Below are positions 16,999 to 26,390 of a stretch of 64,000 nt of DNA, piece by piece; within the stretch, counting starts at the first letter, position 1; the number at the start of each line of letters is the position of its first letter. The notes beneath the pieces are model-generated. The model saw only the letters and a program-made list of their open reading frames with translations. It was not told the origin of the DNA and ran no database searches. This stretch comes from Syntrophales bacterium (GTDB taxonomy: Bacteria; Desulfobacterota; Syntrophia; Syntrophales; CG2-30-49-12). The stretch lies in NCBI GenBank assembly GCA_041648505.1, contig JBAZOY010000001.1:11795-75794 (forward strand). Reading direction: 5' to 3'. The position numbers and the translations under genes are program-made.

Positions 16999-17931
16999 AT
17001 GAATAAGGCAGCCCGCATATTGGTCATAGGGGGTGGAGGCTCACTGGGGCATAAGCTTTGGCAGTTTCTGCCGACGAAGTTTCCCGATACCTACGTCTCC
17101 ATAAGAAAACCCAAAGCCTACTATGAAAATTGCGGTCTTTTTGACGGGCCAAATGTCGTGAGTGGTCTTGATCTCCGGGACTTTGGCCAGCTTAAAGTTG
17201 TTCTGAAAGAAATATGCCCGTCAGTGATAGTAAACTGCGCAGGCGTGACGCTCCGTAGCCGGGAGGCAAATGACAAGAAATCCAATATCGCCGTCAATGC
17301 TCTGCTCCCGCACGAGCTCGCGGAGTGGGGCGCTAAAAACCGCGCACGCATTATTCATTTCAGCACGGTCTGCGTTTTTGACGGCAGGCTGGGAAATTAC
17401 GACGAGAACAGCCCTCCTGACGCGCGGGATCTTTATGGAATAACAAAGATGCTCGGTGACGTACAGACTCCCCGTGCCCTGACTCTAAGGTCTTCTTTCA
17501 TAGGCCGGGAGATCTTCGGCGGCACGGAACTCCTGGAATGGTTTTTAGCCCAGAACGGCAAACGCGTTCATGGTTTTCGCAAAGTGCTATTCACAGGCCT
17601 TACCACGAACCGCCTTGCCGAGCTGGTGGGCGACCTGATAGAGAAATTCCCGAGATTGAACGGACTTTACCACGTTTCCAGCGAAACGGTTTCCAAATAC
17701 GAGCTTCTTAACCTGATGAAAGAGGCCTATAAAATAGACGTTGAGATAGAACCGGATGACAAATTTGAATGCAGACGCAATCTGAACGGTAATAAGTTTA
17801 TAGCAGCCACCGGATTTAAGTTTTCATCATGGCGGCAGATGATGCTTGATATGGCTGCCGACCAAACACCCTACGACCAATGGAAGAATGACAAACGCCT
17901 TCAGAAAGACGGCGAACAGCTAAAACAATAG
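16999..17931 (+). CDS. RmlD-like SDR 4-reductase (WbvR-like)
   Basis: Contains ILVIGGGGSLGHKLWQFL (Rossmann motif) and a YGITK catalytic region. It lies between a FnlA-type dehydratase and a 2-epimerase. ATG 16999 follows ggggag, and an alternative ATG is at 16987. Confidence 0.65.
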   Translation: MNKAARILVIGGGGSLGHKLWQFLPTKFPDTYVSIRKPKAYYENCGLFDGPNVVSGLDLRDFGQLKVVLKEICPSVIVNCAGVTLRSREANDKKSNIAVNALLPHELAEWGAKNRARIIHFSTVCVFDGRLGNYDENSPPDARDLYGITKMLGDVQTPRALTLRSSFIGREIFGGTELLEWFLAQNGKRVHGFRKVLFTGLTTNRLAELVGDLIEKFPRLNGLYHVSSETVSKYELLNLMKEAYKIDVEIEPDDKFECRRNLNGNKFIAATGFKFSSWRQMMLDMAADQTPYDQWKNDKRLQKDGEQLKQ

Positions 17932-17958
17932 AATCAATTGGACATAAGGAGCACAGAG

Positions 17959-19089
17959 ATGTCTTTAAAAGTGATGACTATAGTCGGTACTCGGCCGGAG
18001 ATAATAAAGCTGAGTCGTGTAATGTACGAGTTGGAAAAGCACCTCAATCACGTGCTGGTGCATACGGGACAGAATTGCGACTACGAACTCAATGAGATAT
18101 TTTTCAAGGAGATGGAGATCCGCAAGCCGGACCATTTCCTTAATTCAGTGGGAGACACACTGGCCCAGACTATCGGCAATATAATAGCGAAGGCCGACGA
18201 AGTTATGGAAAAAGAAACACCCGACGCTGTTTTACTTTACGGCGATACCAACAGTTGTCTATCCGTCATCCCCGCTAAACGGCGCAAGATACCAATTTTC
18301 CACATGGAAGCGGGAAACAGATGCTTTGATCTAAGGGTTCCGGAAGAGATTAACCGAAAGATTGTTGACCATATCAGCGATATAAATATTACCAATACAG
18401 AACACGCCCGCCGTTACCTTTTAGCAGAAGGTATAAAGCCTGAAACGGTTATTAAAAGCGGTTCTCCCATGAAGGAGGTGCTGGCGCATTACATGCCTCA
18501 GATTGACGCGTCCCATGCGTTGGAAAAACTCAACGTGAATAAGGGGGAATACTTTGTTGTCAGCGCACATCGTGAAGAGAACGTGGACAGCAAGGAAAAT
18601 TTTGTCGACCTCCTCGCTTCCCTGAATGCCATTGCGGCGAAATATGACCGCCCCATAATCTTCTCCACCCACCCCCGCACAAGGAAACGACTGGAGGATC
18701 ATGGTTCTGACGGACTTGACCCGCGTATTCACTTTCTAAAGCCGCTCGGATTCTTCGATTATGTGAAAATGCAGATGCATGCCTTTTGTGTTGTTTCCGA
18801 TAGCGGCACCATTACAGAAGAATCTTCCATTTTAAGCTTCCCTGCTGTGACGATTCGCCAGGCCCATGAAAGGCCGGAAGGGATGGATGAAGGCACCCTG
18901 ATTATGTGCGGTCTGAAGGCGGAGAGGGTTTTGGAATCGATTGATGTTGTCACTGCCCACTACGCCAACACAAACCGGCCGTTCAATATAGTTTCTGACT
19001 ATGATACGGAAAATGTATCCCAGAAAGTGCTCCGCATTATTTTGAGCTATACCGATTATGTGAATCGGACAGTCTGGTATAAACAATAA
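17959..19089 (+). CDS. UDP-N-acetylglucosamine 2-epimerase, non-hydrolysing (FnlC/CapG/WbvD type)
   Basis: KVMTIVGTRPEIIKL..., HTGQN, DTNS and HMEAGNR are hallmark motifs. The ORF track start at TTG 17938 is less likely. Confidence 0.85.
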   Translation: MSLKVMTIVGTRPEIIKLSRVMYELEKHLNHVLVHTGQNCDYELNEIFFKEMEIRKPDHFLNSVGDTLAQTIGNIIAKADEVMEKETPDAVLLYGDTNSCLSVIPAKRRKIPIFHMEAGNRCFDLRVPEEINRKIVDHISDINITNTEHARRYLLAEGIKPETVIKSGSPMKEVLAHYMPQIDASHALEKLNVNKGEYFVVSAHREENVDSKENFVDLLASLNAIAAKYDRPIIFSTHPRTRKRLEDHGSDGLDPRIHFLKPLGFFDYVKMQMHAFCVVSDSGTITEESSILSFPAVTIRQAHERPEGMDEGTLIMCGLKAERVLESIDVVTAHYANTNRPFNIVSDYDTENVSQKVLRIILSYTDYVNRTVWYKQ

Positions 19090-20316
19090 ATGCGTATTCT
19101 GTTTCTGACACAATGGTTTCAGCCGGAACCTCTTTTCAAGGGTTTGCCTTTTGCCAGAGCGCTGGCAGACAGAGGACACGATGTGGAAGTTTTTACGGGC
19201 TTTCCCAATTACCCCGGCGGCAACGTCTATCGGGGATACCGTGTCCGCCTGTTTCAGCGGGAGACGATGGATGGCATCCGGGTGAATCGGGTTGCCCTCT
19301 ACCCAAGTCACAACAAATCGGCCTTCCGGAGGATTCTCAATTATCTAAGTTTTGCCCTTTCTTCGTTTCTTCTTGCTTCCTGGATCATCCGGCGGCCCGA
19401 TGTGATTTATGTTTACAATCTGGTGACTCTGGGTCCTGCGGCATTTCTCCTTCGTTTAATTTTTCGTTCGAAAGTAATCGTTGACGTTACAGATTTATGG
19501 CCGGAGTCCGTCATGAACTCCGGTATGGTGAGAAATCGGCAAATGATTGATTTTCTCAATAAATTTTGCGATCAGGTTTATCAAAGCGCAGATCGACTGA
19601 TTGTAGTTTCTCCGGGTGTCAAGAAAGTTCTCATTGCCAGGGGTGTGACACCGGAAAACATTGATGTGATCTATAATTGGTGCGATGAAAACAGCATGAA
19701 GATATACGATGATGAATCTGATTCGCCTGCCCTATATGGACTAACGGATAAATTCAATATCATATTTGCGGGTACGATGGGCACTGTCCAAGCTCTGGAT
19801 TCCGTTCTTGCTTGTGCGGCGATTTGCCAAAATGGTTTACCCGATATCCAATTCATTTTTGTCGGTGGTGGCGTGGATCGAGACAGGCTGAAAAAGAAGG
19901 CCGAAGGAATGGGATTAATGAATGTTACGTTTTTACCCCCTCAACCTATCGAGGCAATGGGCCCGATTTTTGCGATGGCCGATGCCTTGCTTGTCCACCT
20001 AAAAGACGATCCCCTTTTTCGTATCACCATCCCCTCAAAAACACAGGCCTATCTCTATACGGGAAAACCCATTATCATGGCCATGCGCGGGGATGCAGCG
20101 GACCTCGTCCGGGAGGCTGGAGCGGGTGTCTTGTGCGCGCCAGAGGATCCACAAGAAATGATGAATGCAATCAAGACTCTATACCAAATGCCGGAGATCG
20201 AACGGCGAAAGATGGGCGAAGCCGGCCATCGCTATTACATGGGACACTTGTCATTTAATCAGGGCGTAAACCAATTTGAGCAGATAATGATGTCGCTTTC
20301 AAGAGAAGCGAGTTAA
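19090..20316 (+). CDS. Family 4 glycosyltransferase (WbuB-like)
   Basis: MRILFLTQWFQPEP...GHDVEVFTGFPNYP is typical of WbuB/L-FucNAc-type transferases. It lies directly after the 2-epimerase. Confidence 0.75.
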   Translation: MRILFLTQWFQPEPLFKGLPFARALADRGHDVEVFTGFPNYPGGNVYRGYRVRLFQRETMDGIRVNRVALYPSHNKSAFRRILNYLSFALSSFLLASWIIRRPDVIYVYNLVTLGPAAFLLRLIFRSKVIVDVTDLWPESVMNSGMVRNRQMIDFLNKFCDQVYQSADRLIVVSPGVKKVLIARGVTPENIDVIYNWCDENSMKIYDDESDSPALYGLTDKFNIIFAGTMGTVQALDSVLACAAICQNGLPDIQFIFVGGGVDRDRLKKKAEGMGLMNVTFLPPQPIEAMGPIFAMADALLVHLKDDPLFRITIPSKTQAYLYTGKPIIMAMRGDAADLVREAGAGVLCAPEDPQEMMNAIKTLYQMPEIERRKMGEAGHRYYMGHLSFNQGVNQFEQIMMSLSREAS

Positions 20317-20322
20317 ATCGCA

Positions 20323-20925
20323 ATGTTGACAATCAAACGGGCCTTCGATCTTATTCTAACGATTCCGGCACTCATCATCTTGTTGCCATTTCTTGTCATC
20401 ATTGCCGTATTGATTAAGATTCAGTTGGAATCATCAGTATTCTTTCGTCAGAAAAGACCCGGATGGCATGGCAAGCCCCTCTGGTTGTTAAAATTCCGCA
20501 CCATGACCGACAGCCATGACGCCAACGGCGCCCTACTTCCGGATGGGGAGCGACTGACCCGACTTGGACGGTTTTTACGGAAGGCAAGTCTCGATGAGTT
20601 ACCGGAATTGCTGAATGTGATCAAAGGTGATATGAGTCTGGTTGGTCCCAGACCCTTATTGATGCAATATCTGGATCGTTATACGCCGGAACAGGCCAGG
20701 CGTCATAACGTAAAGCCAGGTATTACCGGGTGGGCACAGGTGAATGGCCGTAACGCAATCAGTTGGGAGGAAAAGTTCAAATTGGATGTCTGGTATGTAG
20801 ACAACCAATCCTTTTGGCTGGATATAAAGATTATAGTCTTAACAATTTGGAAAATTTTGAACCAGGAAAACATTAATCAGCCCGGGCAAGCAACAGCAGA
20901 GGAATTCAGGGGTAATCCTGAGTAA
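20323..20925 (+). CDS. Small monotopic phosphoglycosyl transferase (PglC/WbaP C-terminal-domain type, Bac_transf)
   Basis: It has one N-terminal hydrophobic hairpin, then FFRQKRPG...KFRTM and DELPELLNVIKGDMSLVGPRP. Confidence 0.85.
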   Translation: MLTIKRAFDLILTIPALIILLPFLVIIAVLIKIQLESSVFFRQKRPGWHGKPLWLLKFRTMTDSHDANGALLPDGERLTRLGRFLRKASLDELPELLNVIKGDMSLVGPRPLLMQYLDRYTPEQARRHNVKPGITGWAQVNGRNAISWEEKFKLDVWYVDNQSFWLDIKIIVLTIWKILNQENINQPGQATAEEFRGNPE

Positions 20926-21993
20926 ATGGGGATGAATATACAAATACAAAAAATTGCAATTTACGGTGCAGGCGGGTTTGGCAGAGAGATCGCCTGGCTT
21001 GCCGAATCATGTAGGAACCAATCCTGCGAGGTGGTTTGTTTTATTGATGATAGTCCTGCACAACAAGGTAAAGCAGTAAATGACATCCCTGTCATGAGTC
21101 TGGAAGAAGCTTCACAGTTGATGCCAACAGCAAAAGTAGTCAGCGCGATTGGCTCTCCTGGTGTCCGTAAGGTTCTAATGGAAAAAGTTAAACAGGCGGG
21201 TTTTGAATTCGGGATCTTAATTCATTCCCGAACTGAAATGTCCCGTTGGATTAAAATCGGTAAGGGTACCATTATATGTGCCGGTTGTATTCTTACCACT
21301 AACATAACATTGGGAAAACACGTCCAGATTAATCTGGATTGCACAATCGGACACGACGTGATAATGGAGGACTACGCTACCTTAGCGTCCGGTGTTCATG
21401 TATCGGGTTGTGTTCATCTGGGTAAACGGGTTTATGTTGGTACGGGTGCAGTAATCATCAATGGTACCCAAGATAAACCCATTATTATCGGCGACGATGC
21501 AATAATCGGTGCTGGCGCCTGTGTAATTAAATCTATCCCGCCAGGTACTACCTGCGAGGGGAGTGCCTGCAAAACCCCTTTGGTAAAACTGACATTATCT
21601 GATAGATTTGCAAACTGGCAATATCCAGAGATTGAAGAGGGGAAGCTCACAAAGTACAACTGGCTGGTGCAACATAAGAGCAATTTGAAGCTGGGTTATA
21701 AAACCGATATTGGAGCGTTTGTATATATAAATGCCAAAAATATTGTAGTTATTGAAGATTACGTGCAGGTAGGATCTCACTGTTCAATCTATTCCATATC
21801 AACAATAGACAATAAAGAAGGAAAAGTGGTTTTGAAGGAAAACTGTAAAATAGGGAGTCATAGTCTTATTATGCCGGGTGTAACGATTGGAGAAAATTCT
21901 ATTGTCGGCGCTTTCAGTTTCGTTAATCGAGATATCCCTGACAATGTTATCGCCATGGGAATACCGGCAAAGGTTATTAGAAGAATTATATAA
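20926..21993 (+). CDS. Tandem fusion of two left-handed beta-helix acetyltransferases (NeuD/PglD-like N-terminal part plus a second hexapeptide acyltransferase)
   Basis: Residues 1-215 contain IAIYGAGGFGREIAWL (NeuD/PglD Rossmann-like head) plus hexapeptide repeats. Residues ~225-355 form a second hexapeptide module ending IPDNVIAMGIPAKVIRRI. Confidence 0.7.
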   Translation: MGMNIQIQKIAIYGAGGFGREIAWLAESCRNQSCEVVCFIDDSPAQQGKAVNDIPVMSLEEASQLMPTAKVVSAIGSPGVRKVLMEKVKQAGFEFGILIHSRTEMSRWIKIGKGTIICAGCILTTNITLGKHVQINLDCTIGHDVIMEDYATLASGVHVSGCVHLGKRVYVGTGAVIINGTQDKPIIIGDDAIIGAGACVIKSIPPGTTCEGSACKTPLVKLTLSDRFANWQYPEIEEGKLTKYNWLVQHKSNLKLGYKTDIGAFVYINAKNIVVIEDYVQVGSHCSIYSISTIDNKEGKVVLKENCKIGSHSLIMPGVTIGENSIVGAFSFVNRDIPDNVIAMGIPAKVIRRII

Positions 21994-21995
21994 TC

Positions 21996-23213
21996 ATGAA
22001 TAAGAAAATAATCCCGAATAAAGATACCCGTTCTGTTCCGTCTTCTCCATGGCCATGTTTTGATCAAGATGAGATTGAAGCAGCAGTGGCAGTGTTAAGA
22101 TCAGGAAAGGTCAATTATTGGACCGGTGAGGAAGGGCGGTTATTTGAAAAGGAATTTGCTAAATTCATAGATGTCGAACATGCAGTGGCCTTGATGAACG
22201 GTACGGTAGCTCTGGAAGCGATCCTTTATGCCTTTGAAATAACTTCAGGCGATGAAGTCATTGTTACTCCAAGGTCTTTTATTGCTTCTGTAAGCTGTGC
22301 TGCTCTCCGGGGCGCAAAGCCTGTATTCGTAGATGTGGATGTCAACAGCCAGAACATTACTGCCGAAAACATTGAAAAGGCGATAACACCAAAGACAAAA
22401 GCCATCATTGCCGTTCATCTTGCCGGGTGGCCATGCGATATGGATGCTATTAAGACATTGGCAGATAGATACAATCTTCGTATAATTGAGGATTGTGCTC
22501 AGGCCCACGGGGCACAATATAAAGGTAAGATGGTCGGTTCTTTCGGCGATGCGGCAGCCTTTTCATTCTGCCAGGATAAAATCATGACCACGGGCGGTGA
22601 AGGTGGTATGGTTACCACAAACAACAGAAAAATTTGGGAAAAGATCTGGTCTTACAAAGATCATGGTAAAAGCTACGATGCAGTCCATAATTGCAACCAC
22701 CAGCCTGGTTTTTACTGGCTCCATAACAGCTTCGGAACAAACTTGCGAATGACGGAGCTGCAGTCAGCCATCGGACGCATACAGTTGCGCAAACTTCCCC
22801 ATTGGCTTAAAATAAGAAGACGAAATGCTCAGCTCTTGACAGAAGGATTCTCAAAAATTACTGCCCTCAGGGTAACAAAACCGCGCGAAGATGTTAACCA
22901 CGCATATTACAAATACTATGTCTTCGTACGCCCGGAGATCTTAAAAACAGATTGGAATCTGGACCGTATCATGAATGCCATTATTACCAATGGTATCCCC
23001 TGCTTCAGCGGTAGTTGCAGTGAGATATACCTGGAAAAAGCTTTTGATCAACCAGGGTTGCGACCACCAGAAAGATTACCGGTAGCAAAAGAGCTGGGAG
23101 AAACAAGCTTGATGTTTTTAGTCCATCCGACATTGACCGAAGAAGATATGCATAACGTCACTGAAGTAGTAAAGGATGTTTTTGCCATAGCAACAAAGTC
23201 CACCTCGCAGTAG
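21996..23213 (+). CDS. DegT/DnrJ/EryC1/StrS-family PLP sugar aminotransferase (PglE-like)
   Basis: Contains FEKEFAKFI..., AVALMNGTVALE and FSFCQDKIMTTGGEGGMV (PLP lysine region). Confidence 0.85.
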   Translation: MNKKIIPNKDTRSVPSSPWPCFDQDEIEAAVAVLRSGKVNYWTGEEGRLFEKEFAKFIDVEHAVALMNGTVALEAILYAFEITSGDEVIVTPRSFIASVSCAALRGAKPVFVDVDVNSQNITAENIEKAITPKTKAIIAVHLAGWPCDMDAIKTLADRYNLRIIEDCAQAHGAQYKGKMVGSFGDAAAFSFCQDKIMTTGGEGGMVTTNNRKIWEKIWSYKDHGKSYDAVHNCNHQPGFYWLHNSFGTNLRMTELQSAIGRIQLRKLPHWLKIRRRNAQLLTEGFSKITALRVTKPREDVNHAYYKYYVFVRPEILKTDWNLDRIMNAIITNGIPCFSGSCSEIYLEKAFDQPGLRPPERLPVAKELGETSLMFLVHPTLTEEDMHNVTEVVKDVFAIATKSTSQ

Positions 23214-23401
23214 CGATCAAGCTTACAAGCTAACCAACTGACAAGTTTGCGTACCGACAAGGTTGCTACGCTGGACCACACTTTCATATTATTCTTCTCT
23301 ATAAGATGATAAATTGTGGTAGCCCTGCCCCTTAAATTAAGGAATCTTAAAGAAGAGATTTATGGAGGAGAAGTCAATGAAATTTTTTAACTTTGAGATA
23401 G

Positions 23402-23596
23402 TTATCGAAGCTTCAGGTACCTGCCTTTGATGATCTTTTTATCCAGAGATTATATGCAACCTGCCTTTCATACATTGATGGTTCTAATTTCGCCTACAGT
23501 CTTGATCTGAAGTCAGACAATCGCGGTTGCCTGGCGGAGTTTCTAAAGTCGCCTTCCTTCGGCCAGATTTTCATTTTCCGGACAAATCCAGGTATC
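23402..23596 (+). pseudogene. Fragment of a CapF/FnlB-type gene (linker and start of the C-terminal cupin domain)
   Basis: LSKLQVPAFDDLFIQRLYATCLSYIDGSNFAYSLDLKSDNRGCLAEFLKSPSFGQIFIFRTNPGI parallels the recalled S. aureus CapF sequence LPKLDNLFEKDLYSTYLSYLPSTDFSYPLLMNVDDRGSFTEFIKTPDRGQVSVNISKPGI. There is no start codon, and the similarity decays after NPGI. Confidence 0.6.
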
Positions 23597-23674
23597 ATGC
23601 ACGGCAAAGGAGAAGATGAACGTGAAATTCATCGGAGCGGTCGGCGGGGTTTAGCCTGGCACTAATTTTTGTTC

Positions 23675-23708
23675 TTGACAGAGACGTTTCTTGATTATAT
23701 GATCATAT
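23675..23708 (+). promoter_or_regulatory. Putative promoter TTGACA-N17-TATGAT with an overlapping perfect 12-bp palindrome ATATGATCATAT (likely antitoxin operator)
   Basis: The -35 element is at 23675-23680, the -10 at 23698-23703 and the palindrome at 23697-23708, about 20 nt upstream of the Phd-like gene. Confidence 0.55.
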
Positions 23709-23721
23709 CAAATTATCAAGA

Positions 23722-24000
23722 ATGGGGTCCATTATGCTTCAGATTACAGCCACTGAACTGGCCCGGAAATTCAAGCAGATGATGAATCTGGTCGAATTTC
23801 AGGGAGAAGAATTGATCATTATCCGCAATAACCATCAGGTGGCCAGGATCATACCGGGGCCGGCAACAATGACGGCTCTCGAAGCCATGTCGGATCTTTA
23901 CCGGACCTTACCTGAGGATGCGGGGGAGACATGGATGAAAGACAGCCGGGAAGGCGCTACGACCGATCTCTCCGAGGTGCGTGATCCTTGGGCTTCCTGA
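23722..24000 (+). CDS. Phd/YefM-type antitoxin
   Basis: ITATELARKFKQMMNLVEFQGEELIIIRNNHQVARIIP is a typical Phd N-terminal fold pattern. It overlaps the VapC start. The start codon may instead be ATG 23734. Confidence 0.65.
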   Translation: MGSIMLQITATELARKFKQMMNLVEFQGEELIIIRNNHQVARIIPGPATMTALEAMSDLYRTLPEDAGETWMKDSREGATTDLSEVRDPWAS

Positions 24001-24392
24001 TCGATACCTGTATTTGGGTGGCCGTCGAGCGGGGCGCTTTAGCCCCGTCAGACGTCGCGCTATTCACCGGTACGGAGGCCGTTTACATTTCACCCGTCAC
24101 TATTGCAGAGTTGAAATTCGGCGCCGAGAACACGTCCAACCTGAACATCCGCCAGAAGCGTCAGGCGGCCATTTACCGGCTGAAACGAAAGCCCATTCTG
24201 CGCATCGATGAGACCACCGGAGAAATTTTCGGCAGCCTGGCCGCCCAGATGAAGGCATTTGGACTCCAGCATCGACACCGGGTGCAGGATTTGTGGCTCG
24301 CCAGTCAGGCGATACAGCACGGTTTGACCTTACTCACCTATAATGGGAAAGATTTCATGGATATTCCGGGATTATCTCTACGTGTTCTATAA
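23988..24392 (+). CDS. vapC: PIN-domain toxin (VapC)
   Basis: Contains FLIDTCIWV (first acidic residue), TIAELKFG and a C-terminal LLTYNGKDF. It has a TTG start overlapping the antitoxin by 13 nt. Confidence 0.75.
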   Translation: MGFLIDTCIWVAVERGALAPSDVALFTGTEAVYISPVTIAELKFGAENTSNLNIRQKRQAAIYRLKRKPILRIDETTGEIFGSLAAQMKAFGLQHRHRVQDLWLASQAIQHGLTLLTYNGKDFMDIPGLSLRVL

Positions 24393-24551
24393 GGGGATAA
24401 CAGAGGCCCTGGCAGTGAGCGTGTCAGACTTGAGATTTTCCAGGTAAAACAAAAAATGACGAGGAGATCGTTCGGGAATTACTTAACTGCTAAATTAATA
24501 TGTGTGTATTTTTCTCTTGCATAATTTGCAACATGGCTGCATATTATCTGC

Positions 24552-25721
24552 ATGTGGATCACAAGACATTCTGAAAATTTACTCCACCGCATGGTAGAAC
24601 AGTTCCCGGCCGTGATTATAACGGGCGCACGGCAGACAGGGAAGACCTCGATCCTGCGGCGGATGTATCCGGAGGCTTCTTTCCTCAGCCTCGATCTTCC
24701 GGCCAATGCCGAAGCGGCCCTTACCGCGCCGGAACAACTGCTGGAGCAATACCCGGAACCGGTGATCATCGACGAAATCCAATACGCTCCTTCTTTGCTG
24801 CGGCATCTCAAGTACCGGATAGACCGGAATCGGTCCCCGGGGCAGTATTTCCTCACGGGATCCCAGGTGTTTCAGCTCATGCAGGGTGTTTCGGAGAGCC
24901 TCGCCGGCCGGTGCGCGGTTTTGAGCCTGCACACCCTTTCCAGGGCGGAATTGCTGGATGCCGGCTGGACGATTGAAGAAACGTCCTATATCTTCCTGGG
25001 GGGATATCCGGAGCTGCACGTGGGGGCCGAGGCGGCGTTATGGTTTCCTGCCTATGTGGCAACCTATCTGGAACGGGATGTGCGCAACATTTTGCGGGTT
25101 GTGGAACTAAGGGATTTTAATCGGTTCATCCGTGCCTGTGCCCTCCGGACATCGCAGGTCCTCAATTATTCCGACATCGCCAGGGATGTCGGGATCGCAC
25201 CCAACACCGCCCGTAAATGGCTCAACCTTCTGCAGACATCGGCCGTTGTCGCCCTGATCGAGCCGTATTGGGGAAATCGAACAAAGCGGTTGATCAAGGC
25301 GCCAAAGCTGGTTTTCCTGGACACCGGGCTGGCGGCATTTCTGGCCGGATTTCGTTCTGAGGAGGCGTTGTTTGCCTCCTCTCTGGCAGGCGCTTTCTGG
25401 GAGTCTCATGTTTTCGGACAAATCGTCAAGCAGAGCGCATCAGAGGGGAACGACTCAGTGGTGCACTATTGGCGCACCGCCAACGGCGCGGAAGTCGATC
25501 TGGTCATCGAGCAGGCGGGAGGTATGGCCCTGGCCATCGAGTGCAAATGGAAAGAGCACCCCAACATCACGGATGCGGCCGGCCTTCGGGCTCTGGAAGC
25601 GGTGGAGAAGGGCCGCATCAAGGAAAAATTCATCCTGTGCCGCACAAAGGTGACCTACAAGCTTGCTGATGGGACTTGGGTTATGAACATGAAGCAATTC
25701 TTCGAAAAGTCATGGATATAA
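24552..25721 (+). CDS. AAA_14 plus DUF4143 family ATPase
   Basis: Contains the Walker A motif ITGARQTGKTS and Walker B motif VIIDEIQYAP. The C-terminal part (FWESHVFGQI...HYWRTANGAEVDLVIE) is characteristic of the DUF4143 restriction-endonuclease-like tail. GTG start. Confidence 0.75.
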   Translation: MWITRHSENLLHRMVEQFPAVIITGARQTGKTSILRRMYPEASFLSLDLPANAEAALTAPEQLLEQYPEPVIIDEIQYAPSLLRHLKYRIDRNRSPGQYFLTGSQVFQLMQGVSESLAGRCAVLSLHTLSRAELLDAGWTIEETSYIFLGGYPELHVGAEAALWFPAYVATYLERDVRNILRVVELRDFNRFIRACALRTSQVLNYSDIARDVGIAPNTARKWLNLLQTSAVVALIEPYWGNRTKRLIKAPKLVFLDTGLAAFLAGFRSEEALFASSLAGAFWESHVFGQIVKQSASEGNDSVVHYWRTANGAEVDLVIEQAGGMALAIECKWKEHPNITDAAGLRALEAVEKGRIKEKFILCRTKVTYKLADGTWVMNMKQFFEKSWI

Positions 25722-25840
25722 ATACATAAATAGGGAAAAATGGGGGTCAGGTCTTGAAATTTAGCGTTTTGCGGGGGGCAGCATAGGGTAAGGTCTTACC
25801 ACAATTTTTCCCTTGCTTTTTATATCAGTTCAGGTATAAG

Positions 25841-26062
25841 ATGCTCATGACAAATCCAGAAGAAAAGCCACTCGCATGGTTGGGTAGCAGCAAAAAAGAC
25901 TTGATGGCCCTGCCGATGGGTATTCGCAAATTCTTTGGTCATGCCTTGGACTTTGCCCAACGAGGAGAGCGGCACGATGCAGCCAAAGTTCTTAAAGGAT
26001 TCGGGGGCGCGGGCGTATTGGAGATCGCGGAGAAACTGTCAAAGGAGATGCGAGATGACTAA
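25841..26062 (+). pseudogene. C-terminally truncated Gp49/HigB-like (RelE/ParE superfamily) toxin
   Basis: KPLAWLGSSKKDLMALP...AKVLKGFGGAGVLEI matches the family N-terminal half. The expected ...YRAVYTV...VLHAFQKKS half is replaced by AEKLSKEMRDD followed by a stop. Confidence 0.6.
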
Positions 26063-26390
26063 GCGCATAATTGATGGCATTGAAGTTGAGATTAGTTCCG
26101 GCAACGTCTTCGCCGACGTTGGCTTGCCCGATGCGGATAAACTGAAAATCAAATCGGGGCTCGTGATTGAGATCACCAAGGCGGTGCGCAATCTTGGCCT
26201 GTCGCAAGAGGAAGCTGGTCACCGTATGGGGTTGCCTCAACCCAAACTATCCGGTCTGCTCCGTGGCGATTTTTCCAACGTATCTGAACGGAAATTGATG
26301 GATTGCTTGAACCGGTTAGGCTACGACATTGAAATCAAGGTCAGGCCGGCAACTGCGCCGGTTGGACATCTGATGCTGGCCATTAATTAA
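26055..26390 (+). CDS. XRE-family HTH antitoxin (HigA-like partner of Gp49-type toxins)
   Basis: Contains SSGNVFADVGLPDADKLKIKSGL and LSQEEAGHRMGLPQPKLSGLLRGDFSNVSERKLMDCLNRLGYDIEIKV. ATG 26055 overlaps the toxin stub. Confidence 0.75.
   Translation: MTKRIIDGIEVEISSGNVFADVGLPDADKLKIKSGLVIEITKAVRNLGLSQEEAGHRMGLPQPKLSGLLRGDFSNVSERKLMDCLNRLGYDIEIKVRPATAPVGHLMLAIN

Noticed and set aside
18832-19311. 159-aa antisense ORF spanning the epimerase/GT junction. The same applies to 28955-29443 (antisense to gmd), 33980-34558 (antisense to the SPFH gene), 24579-25019, 13358-13744 and 14291-14647.
   Set aside because: All lie opposite strongly supported genes, lack motifs and have odd composition. I treated them as shadow ORFs.
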